From contig CM082598.2 in assembly GCA_040954595.2 (NCBI GenBank), positions 5,595,097-5,659,096 on the forward strand: 64,000 nucleotides of DNA, written 5' to 3'. The stretch comes from Balanoglossus misakiensis (taxonomy: Eukaryota > Animalia > Hemichordata). The notes under the pieces are model-generated. The model did not search any database and was not told the origin of the DNA. It saw only the letters and a program-made list of their open reading frames with translations. Position numbers and translations under genes: made by a program. Position 1 is the stretch's first letter, and every line of letters begins with the position of its first letter. Shown here in pieces: positions 51,601 through 63,144 of this stretch.

Positions 51601-51911
51601 AGGGACAAAGTCTCTCTCTCTCGCTGCCCCTTTTTCCATTAATTATGTTTGATACAAGACACTGTTTATGTTATTCTACATGTGGATATTGAGTGAATGA
51701 ACGTTCAACCACACACAACTTCCATCCCGTTTGTAGAATATGAGAGAAAAAATCTCGCCAAAATGAATAAACGGTAGAGACCGATTGTTCATTTTGACGA
51801 GTTTTTTACTCTTGTGTCTACAAGTGGGATGGAAGTTGTATGTGGTCGAATGTTCATTCACTACATATCCACATGTAGAATAACATAAATGGTGTCTTGT
51901 ATCAAACATAA
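51601..51911. mobile_element. MITE family A, right end clipped
   Basis: Family sequence. Confidence 0.82.
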
Positions 51912-51960
51912 TGTAGTCAGCAGTGTTTGACTTTCTGTCATGAAACACTCATTGCTACTA

Positions 51961-52138
51961 CCGTCCTTTTATAAGTCGCAGCGGTATTATAAGTCGCACC
52001 CCTTCTTTGAAAGACTTGTTTGGGAGGAGATTTTAAGGAAATGAATACAACAGAACATTGGTATTATAAGTCGCACCCCCCTTTTCGGCACACACTGTCA
52101 CTAAAAAAAGGCGCGTCTTATAAAATGACTTTAACGGG
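51961..52138. mobile_element. TA|CCGT-type MITE with TATAAGTCGCA subrepeats
   Basis: Imperfect TIRs and TA flanks. Confidence 0.6.
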
Positions 52139-52381
52139 TACTTATGTGTGAGTGCTGGATACTCATTAATATTCATGCTCATTAATATTCATACTCATTA
52201 AAATTCATGTCTCTTGCCAGCCAAATTCATTCATCGAAATGAGACACTGGACTGAGTTTACAATAGAGCCTGCTGGCAGCGTTTGTATGCTAGCTTTTTC
52301 ACTTGACTGCTGGTTGGGCCGACCACTGCCGATCAGCATGGAGAGATCCCTGACTAACTTAAACCATAACATTCCAAACTA

Positions 52382-52590
52382 CTGTAAAACACTTTATTTT
52401 CGCGAGTTGAAATTTTCGCGATATCGAGAGAGGCCACTGTTTCGCGAGTATTAATTTTCGCGTTCTCTTATTTCATTCACTGCATCGTTATCTTCAAAAA
52501 AATGTACGCGACTTTTTATTTTTCACGCTATTTTGGCTCTCGCGTATTTCGCGAAAAATTTATTGCTCGCGAAAATAAAGTGTTTTACAG
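52382..52590. mobile_element. MITE family D (TA TSD, Tc1/mariner-like)
   Basis: Perfect 25-bp TIR CTGTAAAACACTTTATTTTCGCGAG. Other copies at 11178-11380, ~47464-47672, ~48385-48592, ~49304-49511, ~54436-54607, ~56708-56898, ~63636-63731. Confidence 0.88.
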
Positions 52591-52846
52591 TAATACAGTC
52601 AACTCCTCATGCCTGAAGATATCCCTGGGAAATCTATTACAGTAATATGACCTGAGAATGTTCTTGTTGGACACACACACAAACAAACAAACAAACACAA
52701 GCACAACAACGTGCAAATAGCTGTAAGCACAAATGTCAACAAAAAACAATGTCAGTATAGTGTTTAAACATACATGCCCAAAATCTTAAAGAAATAAACT
52801 GGTAACATAGCCATAGAGCTTTGCATGTTCAGTGTCTTTTGCTTAA

Positions 52847-53121
52847 AGGCAATAGATCGTCTCACACGCATGCGCGTAACTTCCCAGCAAATTTTCTGTT
52901 CGCTTCCTTCCATATTTCATGCGCACCGTATAAGTAGATTCTGGTTTTGTCCCTCCTTTTCACCCAAGCTGGTGTCTTTTCACGATCTCCGACACAGATT
53001 ATGGTCGCCACCATCTTCTCTGTTGTTAGGACAGAGCACTGCCTTATGGGATTGACTGTTCACTAAACGTCTGTAACCAGCGGCTACAGCTGGAACATGC
53101 GTGTGAGATGAGCTAGGCGCT
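52847..53121. mobile_element. MITE family C, just 3' of the THAP gene stop
   Basis: TTAA on both sides. Confidence 0.85.
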
Positions 53122-53146
53122 TTAAACTTTCTTCGCTGCCACCATC

Positions 53147-53300
53147 TCATATGCCATTGTTCCCACCACTTAAGTCAATTCTCCTGTCATCTAGGCCATT
53201 CGAAATGCCATCATTGCAATCTTCTTCATCATTACCACCTTCATAGTCCGACATTGTCACTGACGTAGTCTCTACACTTTCACGATCAACCTGAGAAAAC
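53147..53300 (-). CDS. THAP gene last coding exon, acidic tail and TGA
   Basis: Strong polypyrimidine tttcag acceptor; DYEGGNDEEDCND. Confidence 0.78.
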
Positions 53301-53383
53301 CTGAAAAGAAAAAAAAAACACTCTTGTTGAAATCATGATGCTATTTTGACACCCAGGTACTTTTTAGAAGCAGTGTGCATGTC

Positions 53384-53421
<38 letters not shown>

Positions 53422-56400
53422 TCCATGTGTGTGTGCGTGTGTACGTGTGTGCCTGTCTGCGTCGTTTATCAACAAATGTTTTTTTTCTGCCCAGAATGGA
53501 AGATTAGATTAGAAAAAAAATCCATCTTGACAAATCATTATTAGATCGCAGCTATATGCTAATAACCGATCGTCTGACAGAGTCATGACGCGATGGTCTA
53601 AGGCAATCATGGTTAATCGGACCTTCATCTCAAGGACGTTCGCTCTGATATTCACTTCAAATTTCGGTATTTATCGAAAATGGTTGAATTATGATCATTT
53701 TCTCTTGACAAACTCAGACATCGAATGGCATTGGTGGTAGGTATTCTCTGGCACTGATGAGGACAGAAAAAGTAGGCAGGTCTGAAAAGTAGCCGACCAG
53801 AACCCTGAGAGAGAACCCTGCCCATGCTCAGTCGAGTGCTAGCCTGGTCACCATACCCAGTGTGTTTTAGTCAGTCAACTTTCTTCCATTTTTAAAGGGA
53901 CAAAGTCTCTCTCTCGCTGCCCTTTTTCCATTAATTATGATTGATACAAGACACTGTTTATGTTATTCTACATGTGGATATGTAGTGAATCAACTATCGA
54001 CCACACACAACTTCTATCCCGTTTGTAGGATATGAGAGTAAGAATCTCGCCAAAATGAATAAATGGTAAACACCGACTATTCATTTTGCCGAGTTTTTTC
54101 ACTCTACTGTCTACAAGCGGGATGGAAGTTGTGTGTGGTTGAACATGGATTCACTATATATCCACATGTAGAATAACATAAACGGTGTCTTGTATCAAAC
54201 ATAATTCATGAAAAAAGGGCAGCGAGAGAGAGACTTTGTCCCTTTAAGATCTGCATAAGTCAAAATGCGATGTCACAGCAACGAGGTCACCACATGGTTT
54301 TGACTCTAACATTGTTCAAGTCAATCACCGTACACAACACACTACTGATTGTCCGGAGCAATGACCCGGGCGTTGCTAATAGTTGGAAAATAATTAGCAT
54401 TAATTAGCAACATATTTCCATGGTAACAATAAATTTCCGCGAAATACGCCAGAGCCAAAATAGCATGAAAATAAAAAGTCGCGTAATTTTTTTTAAGATA
54501 ACGATGCAGTGAATGAAATAAGAGAACACGAAAATTAATACTCGCGAAACAGTGGCCACTCTCGATATCGTGAAAATTTCAACTCGCGAAAATAAAGTGT
54601 TTTACAGTATTCAAATGCTTCACATTATTTTTTGGTAAGATGTGATAAAATCATAGATACTTACGTAGGAGAAAGCTTGTCAAGATACTGCCATGGTCGA
54701 ATCTCTATCTGAGGATCTCTGGAGCTAACCATATCATACCTACAGAATTTCACAAACGAAAAAAAATTCAATCCATTTTAAGATCATTTGCAATAGAAAG
54801 TTTCCATTGCTGAATGGAGTTTCAGACAGCTTCAGTGACGAAGCTGTCCACTAGCAGGTACTAATAACAACTCAAGACAGACAAGCAACTTGTATTTTAA
54901 GAACCAACCATGAACCAATGCACACAGCAAGCAAGCAAGCCTATGCACAAAATCACTTGGCGAAACCAACAGCCCCCCCCCCCCCCAAAAAAAAATAAAT
55001 ATCATCAAGATACTGTGCTCCCATTTGATGAGAATTGTTAATGTGAAGGGGCTCTGATTTAAGAAAATGTTGCACCAAATGTTAGGTGAATTTGTGCACT
55101 GTAATTGAAATATACCTTAAAGGCATTGTTCAACAGAGGGTCAAATCTTTTGTTTCCAATGAACAGTTTCATGCTAATCCAACACAAAGTTTTTTTCAGT
55201 TTAACTCTATTGTATAGGATCAAGGAAAAAGGCTTAAAATTTAATTTCCTCCTAACTTTACTAAGAGATTGCATTCACAATGCACACACATTGTAATTAT
55301 ATCAATGGCCCTGTAGGTAGCTACAAGAACCTAACAATCCAACACAAAAGATCACTTACATATCAAAGAGGAACTTGACAAAATCCCTCTCAGATTTAAA
55401 CTGCATTTTCTTCTGCATAGAACGTAACCTTGTCGCACACAGCCTGTTTAGTGCCATTGAATCATCATGCTGCTGTGTTGTAATACTGCCTTTTGCTTTC
55501 CTTGGGATCTCAAAGCCCCTGTGAAAAAAAATCATGAGAAGTGAAAAGGAAATTATGTTAATGTATATAAGTTGAACGAGTAAGCACTATAGTTCTCCAC
55601 AGCAAGACTTAAAGTGACAAAGTCTCTCTCTCTCTCGCTGCCATTAAAGTGAATCAACGTTTAACCACACACACCTTCCATCCCACTTGTAGACACGGGA
55701 GTGAAAATCTCGCCGAAATGAAAAATCAGTCTCTACTGTTTATTCATTTTGGCGAGATTTTTACTCTCATATCCTACAAACGGTAATCTGATTGACCAAT
55801 ATATGAGATTCGAATGTTCTGTGCTACTTATCAAAATCTGGTAATACCACTTGAGGGCGTTTACTGAATCGACAAGACTGTGTTATTAGCGTCGCGTCCA
55901 CAGGATGTTCTATATGTATCGCGGATGTGAATTTTAGTATCACACAGTCTTGGAGCAAGACTAGGTACTCACTTGTGCAGGAATCTTCCATCAGAATAGC
56001 CATTGGCATCTGCCTGTTTGCGTTCCTTACGTCTCTTTTGAGCTTGACTGAAAATGGCGTCGACTTCCACCATGTCTTCCTGGGTGACTCTGCTGTTCAG
56101 AACACTCTGCACAGATGCTGCTTTGAAATCGATATCTTGAGTGAGGGATTCCATAGCAACCGTGTCCGCACACATCTTCACCGGCGAATCCAGGAACTGC
56201 GTCAGGTCGGAGCGTCTGCAAGCGAGGAACTCTCTCAGGATCTTACATCGACGTCGATACTCTTCTTGTAAGTTCCGCAATTTTTTCCTGACCGCGTCGA
56301 CGCTGTATCTCAACCCGAAGAAATACCACAGCCACGATGTAAGAAGGCTGTCACGGTCTCGAGTCGCCATGCCATCAACCATTGGATACACACCTTTAGT

Positions 56401-59400
56401 CTGGCAGATTCGGCCACAGCTGAAATCCAGCTCCAGCAACTCGCCATTGGTCAGAGGCTTCCAACCAGGTGCGGAGACAGCACACCTGGTGGTGGTGACA
56501 ACTACACACGGTCTATAGTGCATCCCAATTTCTAGGAGTAACCTTGGCGACAGCAGTTGACCGTATTCAATTTGTCCGAAACCCTCGTCGTCGTCTGTGT
56601 TCCGATTGATCCTTGCAAAGATGGAAACCTGTAAAGAATATCGGAATTCATTTCATCATATTTGATGCTGCTGTTAATTGCAAAGTGTTACAGAGATACA
56701 TAAATAATGTAAAACACTTTATTTTCGCAATATCGAGAGAGGCCACTGTTTCATGAGTATTAATTTTCGTGTTCTCTTATTTCATTCACTGCATCGTTAT
56801 CTTCAAAACAAAATTACGCGACTTTTTATTTTCACGCTATTTTGGCTCTCGCGTATTTCGCGAAAATTTATTGCTCGCGAAAATAAAGTGTTTTACAGTA
56901 CTTCCAGGTTCAGACAGGGAAAAATTTGAGACACTATTTGCCAATGGTAAACACAGAGCATTAATCCTTTGAGTTGCCTTGTGTCCACACACACAAAGTT
57001 CATGTATGGGCGCTGAGGCTCGGCCCCATAGACAATGGGTTGCGGAGAGGTGTTAATCCTTACACTGGGTCAGGTCTGGCCGGCAAAGCCGTCTCAAATC
57101 TGAGAGGTTTCAGGACCACTTAAACCGTCCACACATAAGAATTTACACCAGTATTTGATCTGAGACATTTCAGAAACGTCTTAATAGTCCCCGTAAGTAG
57201 CCAGGTATAATTATAACACACCATGCAGCGGACCCTCGATCGTGATTCGTCAATACGCCGTCACATGACCTTATTCATTTCGAACTGTTCCCTAGGGCAT
57301 CAGTTCGATCGGTTTCTGCCCGGTACTGTTGCCTGGATGTGGTGTGTGTCATGTTTGGTGTGTTATAAAACACATGATGACTGACAATGCGGGCAATGGT
57401 GTATTTTTGATGACCTCGGGACTGCCAGTCACACCAAAACAGTCTGTTTTAGTTGTGACTAGCAGTGCCCTCGGTCATCAAAATACACTGTTGCCCTCAT
57501 TGCCAGTCATCATGTGTATACTGTATATGATCATGTGCGTTTGAAAACAATACCTGGCTTGAGTATTTTTCTCCATAATCCGGCACTACCTCCAGTTCTG
57601 AAACCATCCAAGGTATCTGACCTTTGACATGGTATCTCTCTTTTATCGGTCCCAGTGGTGGCATACATCTCTGGGTCTGTGTGGGCTGTCTTATGCCAGA
57701 TGAACTCTGAACTGCAGTAACAGAAGATGAACTCTGACCTCCAGTAGCAGAAGATGAACTCTGACCTCCAGAAGCAGAAGATGAACTCTGACCTGCAGTA
57801 CCAGAAGATGAACTCTGACCCCCAGTACCAGAAGATGAACTCTCCCCGTATCTTCCATTTAAAGCCCCACGACCTGCAACTAGATAAAAAAATTAAACCT
57901 TTTAATAATCCCATATGCTTTTAATTATGTCTATTAAATGATATTTCATGATAGTATATCAAGATCAACACTTTTTTATGACAAAATGGCCAAATATTAA
58001 AGAAAATCAAAAATTCCCGTAAATTTAAAAAAAGTGTAATACTGCAATGAAAAATGCTGAGTACATTTACTTCCATGAGTTCTAGTGAATGAAATCATGC
58101 TTGTTTATGAAATTTCAGTCGGAAATGCAACGTTTTCATTGTTTTTTTGTATTTTCCCACGGTGGCAACCATATCCCTTTCCAGCAAAGCTTTCTTATTA
58201 AAACTTTCATATGCAATCATATTAAGGGTTTATATATATAATACTTTTTGTATATATAGTTCAGTGCCTACATCTGCTTGGGCTAATGGTAGTACAGTTT
58301 GAAAAAAAAATTACTCTGATTTCCAGGACCATCATTCAAGGAGGATTGATGCAGTGAGAAACCACGGTTGATTGAGATATTTGAGGTTACAGGATTCTCT
58401 GATATACTCAATAGTGAAAAGTACCTGTCTCTGTCGTTTCATTACAATTGGTTGCCATGGATTCCTGCTTGAAGCCTCTCAATGGTGGAGGACCAGGGTC
58501 AGAGGTCATTCTCATTCTCTTCGCCGCTGGTGGGGAGAATTGCAGTAGTTGATCAGCTGGCAAATCCTGACTTTCATGATGCAGTCGATTATCAGCCAAT
58601 AGCGGGTTTTCTAGTGGTGGGTGTTTTTCTGTTGATAAGCAGTCTTCTGGAAGCACTTGACTTTGCGGTAACACGTGTGAACTTGTACCCACAGAAGTGA
58701 AACTTCGGTCGGGCGTCTCTGCATCTTTCTCGATCTTAACAGCGACGTCTGGGTTCATTGCAGTCAATGGGGTATCGCAGTCGTCTACATCGCAGTTCAG
58801 ATCACCATTCATCGTTTCACATTCAGCGATCTCCGCGACTGCACCAGACAAAGGCTGCAGGGCATGGAGGTCGCCATTGGTTTTCGACATCACACAGCCG
58901 ACAGGTACTACACCGTTCCTCCTGAAAGTGTCGGTGCAAATGTCGTGGGTCAGTGGTGTGTCAAGCCCAAGTTTCGGTGATGGCCCGACATCGAGAATAC
59001 ATCTGTCGCTTCGGGAAAGCTTTGGCACTTGGACTGGTGCATGGACTCTGTCGTCATCACTGTGTGTGTCACTCTGACCGATGTAACTCTGGGTCGTGTG
59101 TTGAACAAGCCCTGAGTCTGAGAGTGAAGGGATACCAGAAGGGTCCGGTGAATCAGCCTCTCGAACAGACGCTGTTGGTCCATAGCTTTGACATGCAGAC
59201 TCTAGCACAGAATCAAAGAACAACTCTGTTTTCAGGTACAGCTTGAGGAATGCAAATGAGCACACACTGCTCGTTGTCGACGAAGTCCGACATGAATTGT
59301 AACTCTTCACCATGCTCTCGTATTCAGCCGTGATCTCGCTCACTCTACCGGACAGCTGCGGCAGACTGACCTCAACGCCGTAGAAATGTTCCAGCCAGAC

Positions 59401-62400
59401 CAGCAGAATGGAGAGCGGCGCCCGGACGCGCACGTCGTTGACAGTCACGCAATCGGTGTTGTGCGCCAACTCGTAACTGGTGTAGTACAGCTCCAGCAGG
59501 TCTCGGAGGGTCAGAGTGACCCCCGGCGACCTCTGAACCCGGCACGAGTCGGTGGACAGCGCCAAACAGTTGTGAGAGTTGAAGCCGACTTTGAGGAGGC
59601 GCTGACTGCGAGGGAATCGGGCGAATCGGACGCCGTGAAACTTCTTGTCAGTGAAGTGAATTCTCGCAAAATATTGTCCCTGGAAGAGAAGAAACGAAAA
59701 CACTCAGCTGTAAGAATACTCTCAAAATTAAAGGGACAAAGTCTCTCTCTTGCTGCGAGTGCCTCTTTTCCATTAATTATGTTTGATACAAGACACCGTT
59801 TATGTTATTCTACATGTGGATATATAGTGAATCAACGTTCGATCACACACACCTTCCATCCCGCTTGTAGACACTGAGTGAAAAAAACTTCAAAATGAAT
59901 AATCGGTCTTTACCATTTATTCATTTTGGTGAGATTTTTACTCTCATATCCTACAAATGGGATGGAAGTATTGTGTGTTTGAATGTTCATTCACTCCATA
60001 TACATATAAACATTAGCATAATTAAATGGTGTCTTGTATCAAACATAATTAACCCTAACGCTGCCAAGTCAGTATGAACTGGTTTGATTTCCAGGGTGCC
60101 TAGAATCCTGGCTCCCAGGCCTGTTAGGCTGCCAAGTGTGTGTTAATCAGTAGGGCCTATACAAGACCCTCAAACCAATACAGTGCAAACCAGTGTGATT
60201 TGGTACATTTTACAGGGGGCTCAGACTGCCAAGTGTGTCTAAGTACGTATGAGAGCCATGTCAAGACAGTCAAAATACGTTTCAGAAGAAAAAGTGGCAA
60301 ATACACTTGACACTCTAAGCAGGTTTGACACCCAGTAGCATTAGGGTTAAAAGATTTGCATAACTTATGACACAACCTAACAATCACGGCCCTTCATCTT
60401 ACCTTGGAATATGCTGGCCTCACTCGGAGTGTCTTCTGAATTTTCAATTTTGAACTTCTTGTTTTTAGGCGTCTTCTACAACTCTGATCATAATGTACAC
60501 TTACAGGAAAAACTTGAATGTCACCAATTGTTGATTGCTTTTCCGTTGAGCACAACATTACTCTTTGGCTATTCGGTGTTTTCCTGGCACTGTCCAGGGC
60601 ACTGGTAGCTCTTTGCGTTTCCTCGCGTTCAAGTTTAATGTCAAATTCACATTTCTCCTGGCTATGTTCACTGTGATCATCCATGGCTGTTGCTGTCGTA
60701 CACGCATCGACCTCCACACTGTTAACAGTAGCGATCCTGTCGCATACTGGAATCAGAGCCCCGTCACGACCACGTCCATCTTGCATGATATTTGCTTTCT
60801 CGTCTGTGCAACTCCCACTGTGCAGCCCATGAGACTTTGCAGGTACATGTGTGTCATATACATTGTGTGTTTTAGGTATATTCTGTACACTGTGGGCTTT
60901 ATGTATGTTCCCAACATCACTCACTGATATTGATGATTTGATTTTATCACATGTTACTTTGGGGATACTTCCCACATCTCTGTACACCCTCTGTTCGTAT
61001 TTCACATCGTTTGATATAATGACAATGCTTTGGTCGGTTCTCAAATGACCGTTTCTGTTGTAGTCTCTGTATTTTTTGGCCATTTCCTCTGCCTTCTGGA
61101 TTTGTTTTTCCTTTTCCCTTTCATGGCGTTCCACTTCCTTTCGCTTTTTGCTGTCGTGTTGGTCCAGTAAATCTTTCACTATCTGGAAGGGAAAATATTA
61201 CAGAATAACATTTAACAGGTCAATGTTGATGACCTCCTCCCTACTGGATTAACCCTAATGCTGCCAAGTCAGCTGAAACTAGTTTGATTTCCAGGGTGCC
61301 TAGAATCCTGGCACCCAACCATTTATTCATTTTGGCGAGATTTTTACTCTCATATCCTCCAAACACACAACTTCCATCCCACTTGAAGACACGAGAGTGA
61401 AAAACTCGCCAAAATGAATAATCAGTCTCTACCATTTATTCATTTTGGCGAGATTTTTATTATCATATCCTCTTAACAGGACGGATGTTGTATGTGGTTA
61501 AACATTGATTCAAATGTAGAATAACATAAAATGTTTCTTGTATTAAACATAATTAATGGAAAAAGGGCAGCGAGAGAGAGACTTTGTCCCTTTAAAACTT
61601 ACTTGTTTTCTTTCACTTGCGCTCATTTGATTGCACGTTTTCAGATCCTCAACTTCAAATGGACGTTTCCGTTCCTTCAACCTTTCTCCAAAGATAGTCG
61701 GTACACTGTTGGGTTTCAGTTTAATCTTCACTGGAAGACCGAGCATCGCATTGACGCGGTCGTAGTCATAGCAATCGGCTGCAAAATGCCTCTCGCACAA
61801 GTATCGATTCGAAAAGCAAAATATCTCCACAGGGTCATCGATCTGCAGATTCTCCAACCACTTCTGTGCCAGAGATGGATTTATTTGTGGGTATGGGAAC
61901 GGAATCAGTTTCGGAGTCCAGTCGGCGTCTTCTAGGTACCAGAAACTGGCATTACATTGTTTGTCGAAACACTTTCGTCTCTCTTGTTTTTGTTGAACAC
62001 GAACCTTACAATCCTCTACAAAACAAAACAAACAATATTTTCGTAAGACAAAAAAAACAGTGAGTAGGGATATACAGTGTTCTCCCAGGATCAATTAAAG
62101 CATGGTGGCCACCACTCTTTAATTTAGAGAAGACAATAGAACGTAATTAACATGATGATTGACTTTATTGTTATGCAAATTAGCCACTACTCTTTCCCAA
62201 CATCCTGGGGAAAACACTGATATAAACTGTTCCACCCACCTACATACATACATACATACATATACTAGTATACATACACATACATAGTTACATACATATA
62301 CAAAGTATAAGGTTCGACTGGTCCAATACAAAGTGCTCAATACAAAATTAGAGCACACACATACAGACAGACAGAGCATTGAGTTTGACTGATTCACTGG

Positions 62401-62438
62401 TTATTCAGCTCAAGCAAAGAAATGTAACACTCACCCAT
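53147..62438 (-). CDS. THAP-domain protein, 9 coding exons: 62438-62435, 62015-61603, 61182-60403, 59679-58425, 57873-57554, 56628-55973, 55518-55360, 54739-54665, 53300-53147; 1271 aa
   Basis: N-terminal C2CH THAP signature. All junctions are GT-AG with phases 1,0,0,1,0,2,2,2, giving one uninterrupted frame (3816 nt). Kozak context atcATGG. Confidence 0.82.
53386..53451. repeat. (GT)n microsatellite
   Basis: Direct reading. Confidence 0.95.
53896..54243. mobile_element. MITE family A, full length, well preserved
   Basis: TTAA at 53892 and 54244. Confidence 0.9.
54665..54739 (-). CDS. THAP gene small exon (YDMVSSRDPQIEIRPWQYLDKLSP)
   Basis: ctgtag/gtaagt, phase 2-2, open. Confidence 0.78.
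55360..55518 (-). CDS. THAP gene exon (…SMALNRLCATRLRSMQKKMQFKSERDFVKFLFD)
   Basis: tcacag/gtaagt, phase 2-2, open. Confidence 0.82.
55612..55783. mobile_element. MITE family A, deleted fragment
   Basis: Family sequence. Confidence 0.7.
55973..56628 (-). CDS. THAP gene exon: unknown domain copy 2
   Basis: ORF 55969-56523 extended upstream to a ttacag acceptor; gtgagt donor. Confidence 0.87.
57554..57873 (-). CDS. THAP gene exon containing a Ser-rich 9-aa repeat (QSSSSxxxG)
   Basis: Open in the phase required by both neighbours; ttgcag/gtattg. Confidence 0.78.
57863..58310. mobile_element. Copy of the 30479-30972 MITE filling most of a THAP gene intron
   Basis: Colinear homology over ~450 bp starting at TTAA 57859. 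Confidence 0.75.
58425..59679 (-). CDS. THAP gene exon: unknown domain copy 1 plus disordered linker
   Basis: ORF 58408-59703; ttccag acceptor, g|gtac donor. Confidence 0.87.
59732..60052. mobile_element. MITE family A, ended by a piggyBac-like insertion at its internal TTAA
   Basis: Family sequence stops at ataaTTAA|CCCT. Confidence 0.8.
60053..60346. mobile_element. piggyBac-like MITE; partial second copy 61253-61317
   Basis: TTAA|CCCTAA...TTAGGG|TTAA. Confidence 0.75.
60403..61182 (-). CDS. THAP gene exon: charged coiled-coil and linker
   Basis: ORF 60394-61179; ttccag acceptor, gtaaga donor. Confidence 0.85.
61318..61591. mobile_element. MITE family A, rearranged right part
   Basis: Ends CTTTGTCCCT|TTAA. 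Confidence 0.75.
61603..62015 (-). CDS. THAP gene exon: THAP zinc-finger domain
   Basis: CFDKQC...FP...KWLENL...LCERHF...LKPNSVPTIF. Confidence 0.92.
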
Positions 62439-63144
62439 GATGTTTCACAATCAGGTTTTTGGTGAGAATTTCTGAATCACCTTCACTAGTCTCTGGTCTT
62501 CATACATGTACTTTAACCTTTTCAGTCAGAAAAAAAAACTGTTGTCAATGATCAATCATCATCCTTCTTCAATAAAGTTTAGATATTAGTTTCAGTTCAA
62601 GTTGCCAAGGTCCCAAGTCTTCTACCGATTGTCCCAGGCTTTTGGGGGCTGATAATAAAAGCTGATGCATGATGAATGTAGGGGAGCATTTGTTTTTAAA
62701 GGAAGAGGGGGGGGGGGGATTTACGACCCCATGTTACCAGTGTTTTTGCTAAGGTTGGGGAACATTTGGTAAAATGGATTTGGAAACCCCGGTAACATTT
62801 CTACAACCCCCTAATATAACTACATTGATACAACCAGGGGAACCCCGGTAAAATGACCGGGGAACTCCGGTAGATTTTACCTAGGTGCCTACAAATTGTA
62901 CACAGTAGCACGGGGGTTGTGCGTTGTACACAACTCCCGTGACACTGTGCAATAGTACATCGCTGATATGTACCCGCAGTATGTACGGAAAAGCACCATC
63001 GACATTAGCCCAGGTCTGCGTGCTCTTCCCGGCGTTACATACGCGTCCTACTTCGACAGTGTCTGTGGTTGTTCGTAGTACTCACCATTTCTCGATTTCG
63101 GACAGATACTGTAGTGCATGCACCATGTAAACACGACCGGTGAT

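Noticed and set aside
58482-59877. Plus-strand ORFs overlapping the THAP gene (and minus-strand ORFs over nAChR exon 5)
   Set aside because: Antisense shadows of GC-richer coding exons with no independent motifs.
53147-62438. THAP gene as an active P-element/Kolobok transposase driving the local TTAA MITEs
   Set aside because: No recognisable DDE/RNase H core, no flanking TIR/TSD and many introns; treated as a host gene.
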